From positions 1-64,000 of the IMG/VR virus record IMGVR_UViG_3300046787_000345: DNA of 64,000 bases. One strand, written 5' to 3'. Origin of the DNA: a virus. A program made the position numbers and the translations under genes. A model generated the notes under the pieces. That model was not told where the DNA came from. It did not search any database and saw only the letters and a list, made by a program, of their open reading frames with translations. This document shows positions 38,501 to 47,892 of the stretch, one piece after another. How positions within the stretch are numbered: position 1 is the stretch's first letter; each line of letters begins with the position of its first letter.

Positions 38501-38830
38501 TGTTCCATCAACTAAAATGAAATTAACGTTTGTAGTAATACCCAATTGAGTATTTACATCTTTAATTTCATCTTTTTTGTACCCTACATAAGTAGCGTGT
38601 AATACATATGGTCCACCTACTCTTGTTGCAGGTAGTACATAAGTACCATTTTTGTTGGTTACAGTGTTGTACTGCGTACCTGTCGGTGTATGTACTGCGT
38701 GAATCGTAGCACCTACCAACACTTCATTTTTCTCGTTCTTCACAACACCAGAAATTGAGGAAGTAGTAATCTGACTAAATCCAAAAAACGTGGTCATTGC
38801 AAAAACTAACGATAAAATCAGTTTTTTCAT
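35555..38830 (-). CDS. TonB-dependent receptor (Oar-like) with N-terminal carboxypeptidase-regulatory-like domain
   Basis: Signal ..GFSQ; LSEVVVTA TonB-box-like; IDG..NN.FG plug, INAVTRSGTN; C-terminal QLGIRYTF. Confidence 0.9.
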   Translation of the reverse strand: MKKLILSLVFAMTTFFGFSQITTSSISGVVKNEKNEVLVGATIHAVHTPTGTQYNTVTNKNGTYVLPATRVGGPYVLHATYVGYKKDEIKDVNTQLGITTNVNFILVDGTTTLSEVVVTAGRNNIISRERTGASQQFSRRELQTIPIVGARTIDGITKYNPFGNGNSFGAQDSRLNNFTIDGSQFNNNFGLGSSAQAGGRTGASAISLDAIDQLQVNIAPFDIRQSGFTGAGINAVTRSGTNEVEGSVYTTQRNNSSTYIGNNARGTTITPSKFDERVQGFRLGAPIIKNKLFIFGNYEGIERTEPGTTWISSGSPLTGSQVSRPTFQQLTDLSKFMKDKFNYETGPFEGYSNTNTSNKFLVRVDWNINANNKLTARYVYHDSEAQIGISNSQSAGFGNRTQNINAMSFQNSGYTIQDNTRSAVLELNSKFSNTLHNNLIVSYDKQIENRGYMSQMFPTIDILQGSTTLTSVGFDPFTPGNKLDYSTFNVTNNLTKYLNKHTLVGGFNFQSYESNNLFFPASNGVYIFNSLNDFYTAANQSLANGGRPSTFAPARFQFRYSALPGAIEPLQTLRSNRLDLYLQDEYDATEDLKLTFGVRANIIGFDNTALENKAVSAMTFANGEKWNTGLMPKTQVLFEPRVGFNYNLKGESKTQFRGGTGVFTGRPPYVFLSNQIGNNGVLTGFIDVSGAAAAQYGFTADPNKYFIPSTPTLPSTFDLALTDPNYKFPQVWKTNLAVDQKLPFFGLIASAEYLYNQTLNAVHYYEANLRNPVGTLGGVDNRPRFGGSDATVRVNNNVSRAAVLTNRDGAFHESLTLKLEKPVQKGFWGSIAWTTANSKDYMSAGSIASGSWQSALSVNGNNDLGLSFADAFVKNRFVGLLGYRIEYGGNYGGATTFTLGYVGQQGNPFSYIAAGDLNGDRVNNNDLIFVPNKGSDIRFVPLTAGGRTYTEAEQQAAFDKFIDQDDYLKTRRGQYAERNGGLLPYLHRFDLSVAQDIFVKIGGKRNSFQIRADILNFGNLVDNQFGVSQRATAPQLLNFVSRDANNVPSYRLATQRLTDGSTILARDTYQYNSSVFDVWSAQLGIRYTFGR

Positions 38831-38906
38831 AATTGTCCTTTTTTGTTGTTAAAAATTAAATAAACCATTTGAGACCGTCTCAAATTTTATAATAAAAAGG
38901 TTTCCC

Positions 38907-39148
38907 TTATTTATTCGAAAGTAGTAATTCCTTATTAGGCACAAAATCATCATCACCTCCAGTTGTGTATGGTGGATTAGTATCATTTGTAAATTTAGGG
39001 GAATTAGTTCCATGTTCCGGTTTCCATTCACCGGTATCAACTTTGATTAGGGTATGTTTGATAAACTCCCAATCTGATGGGGATGGGTTGTTTGTCCCCA
39101 ATCCTTTTGTGTAACCTCGCAACCAACATATAAATTCGTTTGATGTCA
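38907..39148 (-). CDS. Hypothetical protein (probable start MTSNEF at 39148)
   Basis: F..WLRGY motif; ATACTTAT motif at 39154-39162 precedes second ATG. Confidence 0.5.
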
Positions 39149-39204
39149 TTGTAGATAAGTATTGCATACATTAGGTTTTTTATATTACCAAATTGTTAAG
39201 AAAT

Positions 39205-40551
39205 TTATTTAAGAATGAACTTTCTAAAATAGTCCAATTCATTATAAATCCAATCTAATATTATTTTTTTGTTTTCTTTAATTTTAGGTAAGTTTTCCAA
39301 ATAGATTCGTTTAGCATCTTCTAATGAAATCTTTTCTAATGCTTCAATTACATAATCCATTTGTTTAATTGGGTCTTCTGTTTCTAAGAATATAGGATTT
39401 ATACCCAACTCTTTGATAAATGTATGACCACCTAATTTTTCAAACTCTCTATAAAATTTATTGGCACCTACTGAAATAAACAACTTTTCAAAAAATACCC
39501 CGTGATATGTTTTTTCAGACCAGAAATCATATAATTTATTAAATAGTATATGAGTTTCACCTACAACTTCAATATAACTTTTATTATAATCTTTGTTTAC
39601 AATATTTTCAGTCGAATATTCAAATCGTTTATGTTCACCTAATGGGTCGTGAATTTGATTATAGTGAGATATTGGTTTATAAAATTCTTTATTCCAATAT
39701 TCAAATACTTCTTGTTTAATTAGATTAGTACCATCGGTGTTTGGATTATTGTTTCTTACTTGCATTGAATATTCATCAAAGAAGAATTTGTTCATAGTTA
39801 CATATCCGTTATCAACTAAACCATTTTCTATGATTTTGTTAATGAAATATAATCTATGATAACGAGGTTTACCTCCTAACATTCCAAATACTTTTTCTCT
39901 ATCTTCAATTGGTTCTACTAACCCATCTAACCAATTATAGAAAGTTTCTTCGCCATTTAAAATTTGATGCCAATTATTTGGAGATACTTCAAACGCAAGA
40001 ATATCATAAATGTAATTCCAAAGAGAATTAAACGTATTTACTTTTGTATTTTTCAATCCTTCAAATAATGGATAATCGGCCATTTTGATGTACTCAAACT
40101 CATAATCATTTATACATCCAACATAGTGGTCTGCTTCATAATCTAATGGTTCGAAATATGATAATCCAAACGCAATTCTACAATTACGTTCTTTGTAAAC
40201 TTTTTCAAGTTGTTTTACAAATCCGATGCCAAATACTCTAAATAATTTAACCCACACTCCTACAAACTGCCATCTATCTAAAATGAAAGTTGTATTTTGA
40301 GGTGGGTTAATAAAAATAGAGTGTTGATTAGTATCGAAGAAATTATAGTTAGTAAGTTCATGTCCTTCTTTGTTACGAGTAGTCCATATAATATTATTTT
40401 CATCAAACTCACTATATAATTTAATCTGATACTCATTGTTATCATGAGTAAGATTCAAAACTTTATATTCCTTAGTAACTTCAGTTTGTTTAAACTTAGA
40501 TTTACCAAATAGGGAAAATAATTGAGGTTCTCTTGATACTATATTAATCAT
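39205..40551 (-). CDS. Hypothetical, possibly GT-B/GT10-like
   Basis: GKPRYHR, SYIEVVGETH, WSEKTY motifs. Confidence 0.45.
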   Translation of the reverse strand: MINIVSREPQLFSLFGKSKFKQTEVTKEYKVLNLTHDNNEYQIKLYSEFDENNIIWTTRNKEGHELTNYNFFDTNQHSIFINPPQNTTFILDRWQFVGVWVKLFRVFGIGFVKQLEKVYKERNCRIAFGLSYFEPLDYEADHYVGCINDYEFEYIKMADYPLFEGLKNTKVNTFNSLWNYIYDILAFEVSPNNWHQILNGEETFYNWLDGLVEPIEDREKVFGMLGGKPRYHRLYFINKIIENGLVDNGYVTMNKFFFDEYSMQVRNNNPNTDGTNLIKQEVFEYWNKEFYKPISHYNQIHDPLGEHKRFEYSTENIVNKDYNKSYIEVVGETHILFNKLYDFWSEKTYHGVFFEKLFISVGANKFYREFEKLGGHTFIKELGINPIFLETEDPIKQMDYVIEALEKISLEDAKRIYLENLPKIKENKKIILDWIYNELDYFRKFILK

Positions 40552-40553
40552 AA

Positions 40554-42191
40554 TTATGGTTTATAGAAAACAAATATTGGTTCAAACTTATAAGCTTTAC
40601 CATCATGTTTTACTGCGTTTTTAATACCAGTTTTAGTTGGGTCTAATCCAACCATTCGAGTCATTAACATCTTTAATTTACCTTTGTATTGACATCCTAA
40701 TTCATTAAGAATATCAATGGAATCTTTTTCTAAAGCATAATAGGTATCTTTACCAATTTTAATATCTGCAATGTTCCATAGAATGTACCTATCATTCTTA
40801 GTATACTCATAGATAGTAGTTAAAGTAGGACGTAGGAAATTATCTCTCCAATCATCGTACTCACCATATGCTCTGAATGATTGATTCTCATCTTGTGAAT
40901 ATTGTTCTCTATTAAAGTATGGAGGTGATGTAAATGATAAATCCAACTTACCTTTGTATTTTTGGAACTTAGGATTATGTTGAATTAATTCAGAACCATC
41001 TTGAAACAATTCGTATGTATTACCTTGCTTTTCTACATCAAAGAATTTAGTAAATGTTTCAGAGAAATCATCCACACAATTATCATTGTAGAATTTAGCT
41101 GCATATTCATAACGAGATATCCCTAATTCTTCAATAAAGTTATCAGGATTTGGGTCAGTACCAATGTAATGGGTTTTCTTACGAGATGCCATTGCACCTA
41201 AAATTCTACCACCCCATCCACTTGATGAATCATAAATATGAAGAGGTTCATCTTGTTCAATATGTGATGTAAAATGTTCGTAAATCCACTTTGCAGTTAA
41301 TGCAGGAAAGTTTACTGCAGGTTGTCCACAACTTAAACGGAATACTTGTAGGATTTTTGGAAATATACCAACTGTCTTATCGTACCAACGAATCAAATAA
41401 TAAAACTTTTTAGTTGTTTTACCATCTGCAAGTGTCATACTATCTTCAATTACCTTAACATTTGATAATTGAGTTGGATTTAACCAACCATTATCTACAC
41501 ATCCTTGTAATTGTTCAGCAGTTAAATATAAGTTACCAAACCCAATATATTGTTCATTGATAGTTCCGTAATTATCAATAGTATCTTCTTTTACTTTTGC
41601 AATTACGATATCCAAATCAGAATGTTTACCTACAAAGATTTTACCTTCATGTACTTTCTGAATAAACTCTACACCAGTTTCACCATCCCAAAACTCATTC
41701 TCATCTTTTTTATTTACGATGGAACGTGACCACGAATACATAGAATCTCTTTTAACTGCTCTACGCATAATTTTCACAAACAATTCTTCTAAGTTAGGGT
41801 CAGAGAAATGGTCATAAATCGATAATCCACCATCAGCAGTTTTTCCGATTGAAATTTTAGTTTTCAACATTGTAGGGAAGAACTGATTAATAGCAGATGC
41901 ATCTTTGTTAAAATTCTGAATAATACCTAATGATTCGTCATCTCCTGTTAAATCTTTTTGTAGGAAATCACAATCGTTTCCCTTTAATTTTTTAAATGAT
42001 TCTATGATACCATCCTTATCTTTACCGATAACAGGAGGTACACCATCTTCATCCCATTGCTTTGTAACTTCTTTACGAAGTAACTTAGCCCAATTGATGA
42101 ACTCATCATCAGTCATTTGTAGTAACTGATGATAAGTTCTATTGGATTGGAATTCAGAAAATTTTGAACGTTCGTAGTAGTATTTACTCAT
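40554..42191 (-). CDS. SAM-dependent amino-methyltransferase-like protein
   Basis: YDSSSGWGGR motif I; FTSPPYFNREQY motif IV; EPIFVF. Confidence 0.8.
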   Translation of the reverse strand: MSKYYYERSKFSEFQSNRTYHQLLQMTDDEFINWAKLLRKEVTKQWDEDGVPPVIGKDKDGIIESFKKLKGNDCDFLQKDLTGDDESLGIIQNFNKDASAINQFFPTMLKTKISIGKTADGGLSIYDHFSDPNLEELFVKIMRRAVKRDSMYSWSRSIVNKKDENEFWDGETGVEFIQKVHEGKIFVGKHSDLDIVIAKVKEDTIDNYGTINEQYIGFGNLYLTAEQLQGCVDNGWLNPTQLSNVKVIEDSMTLADGKTTKKFYYLIRWYDKTVGIFPKILQVFRLSCGQPAVNFPALTAKWIYEHFTSHIEQDEPLHIYDSSSGWGGRILGAMASRKKTHYIGTDPNPDNFIEELGISRYEYAAKFYNDNCVDDFSETFTKFFDVEKQGNTYELFQDGSELIQHNPKFQKYKGKLDLSFTSPPYFNREQYSQDENQSFRAYGEYDDWRDNFLRPTLTTIYEYTKNDRYILWNIADIKIGKDTYYALEKDSIDILNELGCQYKGKLKMLMTRMVGLDPTKTGIKNAVKHDGKAYKFEPIFVFYKP

Positions 42192-42194
42192 ATA

Positions 42195-42908
42195 TTAACT
42201 AGCGATTTCTACTAAGTAGTAATCAGATGTATATTCACCCGCTTCAAAATGGATGTGTGATAAACCTTGTGATGAAATGTTTAAAGTAGCATCTTTTGCT
42301 TCTTTGTTAGCAACTAAAATTTCTTTTAAGTATGTTGCTGAGAATGAGATTGGTTCTACATCACCATCAATTTCACCATCTACATCAATAGAAATTCGGT
42401 TAGTATTGATATTAGAATGTCCTAATACGATTTGTGCCTTACCATTCTTTACAACGAATGTAAAGTTGTTTTCATCCGTTAATGCACTCTTAGCACGAAT
42501 GAATTTAGTAATAAAGTTTTCATCCAATTTGATTTTGATATTGAAATCTGGTAATTTCTTCAAATCAGGTACGTTAGGAATAACCGAAAGGTCTGCTAAC
42601 ATATAGTTTACTGAAGTTGAACCATCTTTGAATTTCAAAGAAACTGCTTTACCATCTACATCAGAAATTTCAAAATCAACTGATTCACCTAATACACCTA
42701 ACATCTTTGTTAGTTTGGATGTATCATATACACCGAATGTTGTATCGTTAAAATTGAACTCAGTCATTGTTACTTTACCCAATACCGATTTATCATCAGA
42801 AATGAATGAAGTTGTTAATGAATTGTCTTTTGTTTCCCATTTTACTGATTCTACCAAACCAGCAAGGTTGTACTTTTGTACGAAACGATTTAATTTACCT
42901 TTTTCCAT
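42195..42908 (-). CDS. Sliding clamp (T4 gp45/PCNA-like)
   Basis: FGVYD..KL pattern; 237 aa; adjacent to PolB. Confidence 0.75.
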   Translation of the reverse strand: MEKGKLNRFVQKYNLAGLVESVKWETKDNSLTTSFISDDKSVLGKVTMTEFNFNDTTFGVYDTSKLTKMLGVLGESVDFEISDVDGKAVSLKFKDGSTSVNYMLADLSVIPNVPDLKKLPDFNIKIKLDENFITKFIRAKSALTDENNFTFVVKNGKAQIVLGHSNINTNRISIDVDGEIDGDVEPISFSATYLKEILVANKEAKDATLNISSQGLSHIHFEAGEYTSDYYLVEIAS

Positions 42909-42942
42909 TTGTTTGTTTTTTATTATTTAATTTATTGTTACA

Positions 42943-42974
42943 CAAAGATACGAATAATTTTTGAATTATCCAAA
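42943..42974 (-). promoter_or_regulatory. Bacteroidota sigma-A-type promoter
   Basis: TTTG-N20-TATCTTTG. Confidence 0.75.
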
Positions 42975-42980
42975 TTTATT

Positions 42981-45488
42981 TTAAAATGAGAAGAATTTCT
43001 CTGCTGTTTTTTGTTCACTCATCACTTCACCCCAATCTAAGGCGTTATAAAAATCTTGTAATTTACCCTTTAATTCGGCTTCGAAGATTCTATTATGGTC
43101 TATGTAGGTTGAAATGAATTTTGTTATTTCTTCGGGGTCATCATAACCTGTAAACCCTAACCCATCGATTCCTAATGGATTGTTTTTAAGATATACCCAT
43201 TTAATTTTATCACCATCTTTCATAGGTGAATATTTGAATGGTGCATTGAAATGTTTCAAACAATCATTATATAGAATTGCTGCTTTAACGTGAGCAGGAA
43301 CACCTTTCTCCATTTGGAAAAGTTGTCTTTTCTTTGGTAGATATTTTGATAAGTTTTTTACTGCAGAGTTTTTAGCAATTTCAGTAATTGGTCTATCTAC
43401 CATACTCTTTTTAAATGCGAGAACAAATGCTGTAATTTCTTCTTCTGGTTTACTTCGTAGGATATCAATTAAGACAGTTCCCATACACTCCTGAAATGCT
43501 TTTGGAAATGATGAACGTTTAACGTCTAATCCCTTAACATCTAATTTATCTACCGCAATACCATTGTTTGATATAATCCATTGAGCATAACGTTTCTTTG
43601 CAATCCAAATACCTGCTCTAGCAACGTATTCCTTTTTAATTTCCAATCGGTGTTTTTGAACGTTAAATAGTTTATCAGAAAGTATATCATAGAATTTATT
43701 CAGATAATCTTGCATTTCACCTGCAATACCATCCACCAATTGAGCAACTTCACTATCTGGCATTTCTTTCCAATTTGGATGACGAAAATCTAAAAGTGGA
43801 ACTGCTGAAAAGAATACTGAATCCGTATCGATATAAATGTTTGAATCTACATCGGTTGTACCTAACTCTTTATTGTATTTGATGTTCCCCATATTCGCCG
43901 AGTTTTTAATAACCGTCTGACCAGTAGTCGTAACCGCCTCAGCATTATCAACATCATAAAACCGAAAGGCAGGAAGACCAAGCACACCATAAAGAGAGTT
44001 AAGTAAGATTTTTTGAACCAACTGTCTTTTTCCGTAAAAGGCATATTTTTCTTTATCACCCTCCTGACCGTACTTCTTTTCCAATTTTCTAAATTCAACC
44101 CTTTCATTGAACCATATGTCTAATATTTCTGGAATACATCCTATTTTATCTTTACGATATAACACACCATTTGATGATATAGTTAAATCTGCTTCTTTAA
44201 TATATTTTTCTAAGTTATCACGTGAAATTCTATCATCACCCATTTGGTAATAATCAACTTCTTTTTTCATAAATGTTTGAACATCCCAATCCGAAATCTT
44301 AGCAACCTTAGTTTCTGGACTAATGTTCAAAGTCATAATGATTGATGGATATAGTGATGTTAAATCCAAATCATATACCCAGTCATATTTACCCACAATT
44401 GGGTCTTTTACATATGCACCGATAAACTTCTCCTCACCTGCTTCAGCCATAGCTGCGAGTTTCTCTTTTCTATCTGCAGGTTTATTTGGTGCAACCAATC
44501 CTTTACGTTTAAGGAAACATAGTAATGCACCCTCCAAATATTTCGATGAATAAACGAAATCTTCATATGGAACGTGACCTGCATGACAGATACCTCTACA
44601 TAAATCAATGAATTGTAATTTCTTATCTAATTCTACAACAATCTCAACGTCCACTAAGTTATACTCAATGAACTTTTCAATATCTTCGTTAAATAAATCA
44701 TCCAATGAACCTTGATACTCAATCTTACCTTTACCCAATTCAATTGTACCAATGGTATCCAAACGATAGTTAGGTAATTCGTTGTAGTTAAATTTCTTAT
44801 AAAGAGAAAGGTAATCTAAACAACTTACTCCAGCCAAAAACCATCTTTGACGATATGGTGAATAGAATGCTTGACCGATAGGTGATAATCTTTTTGCTTG
44901 GGATTCGCCTAAGATTCGTTTCATTCTATTGAATAGATAGGGAATATCGAAATTATCAATGTTCCAACCTGTTAAAATATCTGGTGCAATTCCTTCGTAT
45001 AACTCTAAGAACTTCATACACATATCTCTCTCATCTCTGAAAGGGATTACGATTGCCTTATCGGTTTTACGTTCAACCATTTGACCTTTCTTATCCATCA
45101 CCAATACCCAATATTGATTGGTTACACTATCTTGTAAACCAATCGCAGTAAGTTCGTTCTCTGCCTTTTCAGTATCAGGTAATCCACTCTCCATCTCCAC
45201 CTCAATATCGAAAGTCATTGTTACAATACCTTCGGATGGGATATCAGAATCGACATAAGTATCCACTAACACACGAGTTGTTTCTGGTACATCTGATTCG
45301 AATAAATTCGGGTCATCATTTTTGAATTTGTAAATTTTGGTTAATCGGTCACCATAGATGGAACGTGCTTCACCTCTCTCTGCCCTTTCATACGCATAAC
45401 GTGTGTATGGGAATGTTCTATAACCTAAATGGGAATCCCATAAATGTATTAGGTTTCTTTCTCTCTGATAGTATATATTCTTGTAAAT
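42981..45488 (-). CDS. polB: Family B DNA polymerase, probable ATT start at 45488
   Basis: FDIE, GWNIDNFD, YNLVDV exonuclease; DLTSLYPS, KILLNSLYG, YIDTDS, KKRY; frame open 72 codons upstream of the track's GTG start. Confidence 0.92.
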   Translation of the reverse strand: MYKNIYYQRERNLIHLWDSHLGYRTFPYTRYAYERAERGEARSIYGDRLTKIYKFKNDDPNLFESDVPETTRVLVDTYVDSDIPSEGIVTMTFDIEVEMESGLPDTEKAENELTAIGLQDSVTNQYWVLVMDKKGQMVERKTDKAIVIPFRDERDMCMKFLELYEGIAPDILTGWNIDNFDIPYLFNRMKRILGESQAKRLSPIGQAFYSPYRQRWFLAGVSCLDYLSLYKKFNYNELPNYRLDTIGTIELGKGKIEYQGSLDDLFNEDIEKFIEYNLVDVEIVVELDKKLQFIDLCRGICHAGHVPYEDFVYSSKYLEGALLCFLKRKGLVAPNKPADRKEKLAAMAEAGEEKFIGAYVKDPIVGKYDWVYDLDLTSLYPSIIMTLNISPETKVAKISDWDVQTFMKKEVDYYQMGDDRISRDNLEKYIKEADLTISSNGVLYRKDKIGCIPEILDIWFNERVEFRKLEKKYGQEGDKEKYAFYGKRQLVQKILLNSLYGVLGLPAFRFYDVDNAEAVTTTGQTVIKNSANMGNIKYNKELGTTDVDSNIYIDTDSVFFSAVPLLDFRHPNWKEMPDSEVAQLVDGIAGEMQDYLNKFYDILSDKLFNVQKHRLEIKKEYVARAGIWIAKKRYAQWIISNNGIAVDKLDVKGLDVKRSSFPKAFQECMGTVLIDILRSKPEEEITAFVLAFKKSMVDRPITEIAKNSAVKNLSKYLPKKRQLFQMEKGVPAHVKAAILYNDCLKHFNAPFKYSPMKDGDKIKWVYLKNNPLGIDGLGFTGYDDPEEITKFISTYIDHNRIFEAELKGKLQDFYNALDWGEVMSEQKTAEKFFSF

Positions 45489-45515
45489 AACCTTAAAATT
45501 TAATTGTTAGTAATA

Positions 45516-45547
45516 CAAATATACGAAATAATTTCCGTATTTCCAAA
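45516..45547 (-). promoter_or_regulatory. Bacteroidota sigma-A-type promoter for polB
   Basis: TTTG-N20-TATATTTG. Confidence 0.75.
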
Positions 45548-45555
45548 AGTTTTTC

Positions 45556-46395
45556 TTAAAACTTATAAATTCCACCAATATTCCAGAACAAAATAGTTCC
45601 TTCAATTTGGTCTATATTCTCTTCTAACCATTTCCATTGTTTTATATCCCAAAATTGGTTACAAGGGAATGGTGCTTCATATCCATCCAAACGATTTTCG
45701 AATAGATACTCTGATTTTCGTATGTTTAACGGAATTGGTATTCCACTCTTTTTTAGAGTTTTTTTGATTGAACTTTCAGATGATACACATGTTGTCCAAA
45801 TCTTTCTACTAACCGATGGGAAAAACTCTTTAAGTTCTTCTCTATAATATCCTCTAGCCAAACCAGATAAAGTTACTCCACTACCTGATGATACTACTAA
45901 ATTATCAAAATGTACGAATGGTTGAATTCTTTCTGCAAGATAATCTTTATAAAAATCGTGGTCAAAAGCGTAAGGTAACATTTGCCAACCATTTTCTCTT
46001 GCCTGACCTCTAAGTGAGTTGTACATAATCTGCATCATATTAGGTCTGATTGGATTCAAATGTACTTTTGGATACATTTCCTTAATCATTCCTAAATACT
46101 CTTGTGATATCTTTTTAGAATCAGGATGTGAAACATAAAATTCTATATCCAATTCTTCACATATTGCTGCAAGTGCCCAACCTGTCCAACTTCCATCTAC
46201 TGAAAGGTGGGTTAATGGTTTAGATTTATCAATATATTTTTTAACCAATTCATATAATGCTGCTACTTTTCCCCACGGCGGTAAAAGTGTACCATCACCC
46301 ATAAGGTCATCTCTTTTTACCCAAACTTCTCTACCTTTAATATGATAAAGTTCTAATGGAGTATCTTCATTTAAACCTTTTAATTTTAAATCCAT
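45556..46395 (-). CDS. Fold-type II PLP-dependent enzyme (ACC deaminase/D-cysteine desulfhydrase-like)
   Basis: VWVKRDDL...WGK (PLP lysine), SSGSGVT loop, LFWNIGG. Confidence 0.75.
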   Translation of the reverse strand: MDLKLKGLNEDTPLELYHIKGREVWVKRDDLMGDGTLLPPWGKVAALYELVKKYIDKSKPLTHLSVDGSWTGWALAAICEELDIEFYVSHPDSKKISQEYLGMIKEMYPKVHLNPIRPNMMQIMYNSLRGQARENGWQMLPYAFDHDFYKDYLAERIQPFVHFDNLVVSSGSGVTLSGLARGYYREELKEFFPSVSRKIWTTCVSSESSIKKTLKKSGIPIPLNIRKSEYLFENRLDGYEAPFPCNQFWDIKQWKWLEENIDQIEGTILFWNIGGIYKF

Positions 46396-47891
46396 TTATA
46401 CAACCCTCCTGCGTTTGATATCAACTCACCTTTCATACTTCTATGTGAGAATCCATAAATTTTTTCAAAATTATCCCCAATCACATTAATCATCTTCTTT
46501 CTATTTTTGAAATTGATGATAGGGTCATTTAAAATAATATCTTCAATATATTGTTTAAAGTTTGTACCTTTTTGAAATGCTCTTTTCTCTTGGTCTAATA
46601 TTTCATCAGGTAACTTACCTCTAAATGCATTTGCTAATGGTAGTTTCCATTGGTTTCCTTTTGCCAAGTATTCATCAGTAAGATTTGTGGTATAGTTTAA
46701 AAATTCTCTATCAAAGAATGGACATCTTAATTCGATTGTACCATAATTCATAAAGATATTGTTACCTCTTAATAAATTACCATAGTATTGTTTTTCAAAT
46801 AATTTTTTACGAACATCACTCCAATCTGGTTTCTTACTGAACATACGGAAAGTTCCATATGAACCATATGATTCATCACTACCCTCACCACTAAATGCTA
46901 CTTTGATACCATCCTTTGCCATTTCTTCGGCAATAAAGGATTGTAAAATACCCACTTCCATTTGAACAGTTGATGGGTATTCGATTACTTTAATTGAATC
47001 TATAAATCTTTGTTTAATTATTTCCTCATCACGAGGTACGAATACTTCTATCAATTCTACACCTAAATATTTGGCACATACTCTTGCTTTTTGTAAATCC
47101 TTAGATTCTTGGTCAAATGCAATTGTATACGCTTTTAGATTGGGAATTCTTTGTGATAGTAAATATGTAATAACTGCCGAATCAATCCCTCCACTTAATG
47201 ATGTGGCAATTGGAACATCTGAAAGTAGACGTTTGTCAACTGCACTTTCTAATAACTTAAAAGTAGTTTCAGCAACTTCATCATGTGAATTAACTTCAGT
47301 AGGTTCGGATGCAAACTGAAAATAGTAATTTTCGTTTACTACAATTGTATCAGTATCCAAATCAATCTCAACTAATGAGTTTTTTGGTACAAATTTTATA
47401 TCAGATGTTTTATGTTGGGTAACAATTGATTTTATTTCACTTGCAATAATATATTTGTTTGTGTTGTAAATATACAATGGCAACTTACCCACCCAATCGC
47501 GTGATACTAATAATTTGTTATTATCAAAAATAACAAACGAAAACATACCCTCAAGTCGTTTCAGTTCATTTTCTTTATATAAGAATAGGATAATTTCTGA
47601 ATCGGAGTTCGATTTAAATGTATACCCTCGTTCTTCATATTCTTTACGAAGTTGTGGGTAATTCCATATCTCACCATTTACTACTAATTCTACACCATCA
47701 TATTCCATAGGTTGATTACCCAAAGGAGATGTATCGTTAATAGATAAACGATTATGTCCTAAAATGATATGCTTATCTCCATACTTAAATTCTTTGATAC
47801 CGCGGTTATCTCTACCACGATGTTCAATTGCTTCAAGCATATCGTTCACATCTTCTTTATTATACCCTATGGTTGCTACGATTCCACACAT
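46386..47891 (-). CDS. Asparagine-synthetase-B-like glutamine amidotransferase
   Basis: N-terminal MCGI, HRG.D, RLSI, NGEIWN, SLSGGIDS, SGEGSDE, E.RCPF. Confidence 0.88.
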   Translation of the reverse strand: MCGIVATIGYNKEDVNDMLEAIEHRGRDNRGIKEFKYGDKHIILGHNRLSINDTSPLGNQPMEYDGVELVVNGEIWNYPQLRKEYEERGYTFKSNSDSEIILFLYKENELKRLEGMFSFVIFDNNKLLVSRDWVGKLPLYIYNTNKYIIASEIKSIVTQHKTSDIKFVPKNSLVEIDLDTDTIVVNENYYFQFASEPTEVNSHDEVAETTFKLLESAVDKRLLSDVPIATSLSGGIDSAVITYLLSQRIPNLKAYTIAFDQESKDLQKARVCAKYLGVELIEVFVPRDEEIIKQRFIDSIKVIEYPSTVQMEVGILQSFIAEEMAKDGIKVAFSGEGSDESYGSYGTFRMFSKKPDWSDVRKKLFEKQYYGNLLRGNNIFMNYGTIELRCPFFDREFLNYTTNLTDEYLAKGNQWKLPLANAFRGKLPDEILDQEKRAFQKGTNFKQYIEDIILNDPIINFKNRKKMINVIGDNFEKIYGFSHRSMKGELISNAGGLYKWI

Positions 47892-47892
47892 A

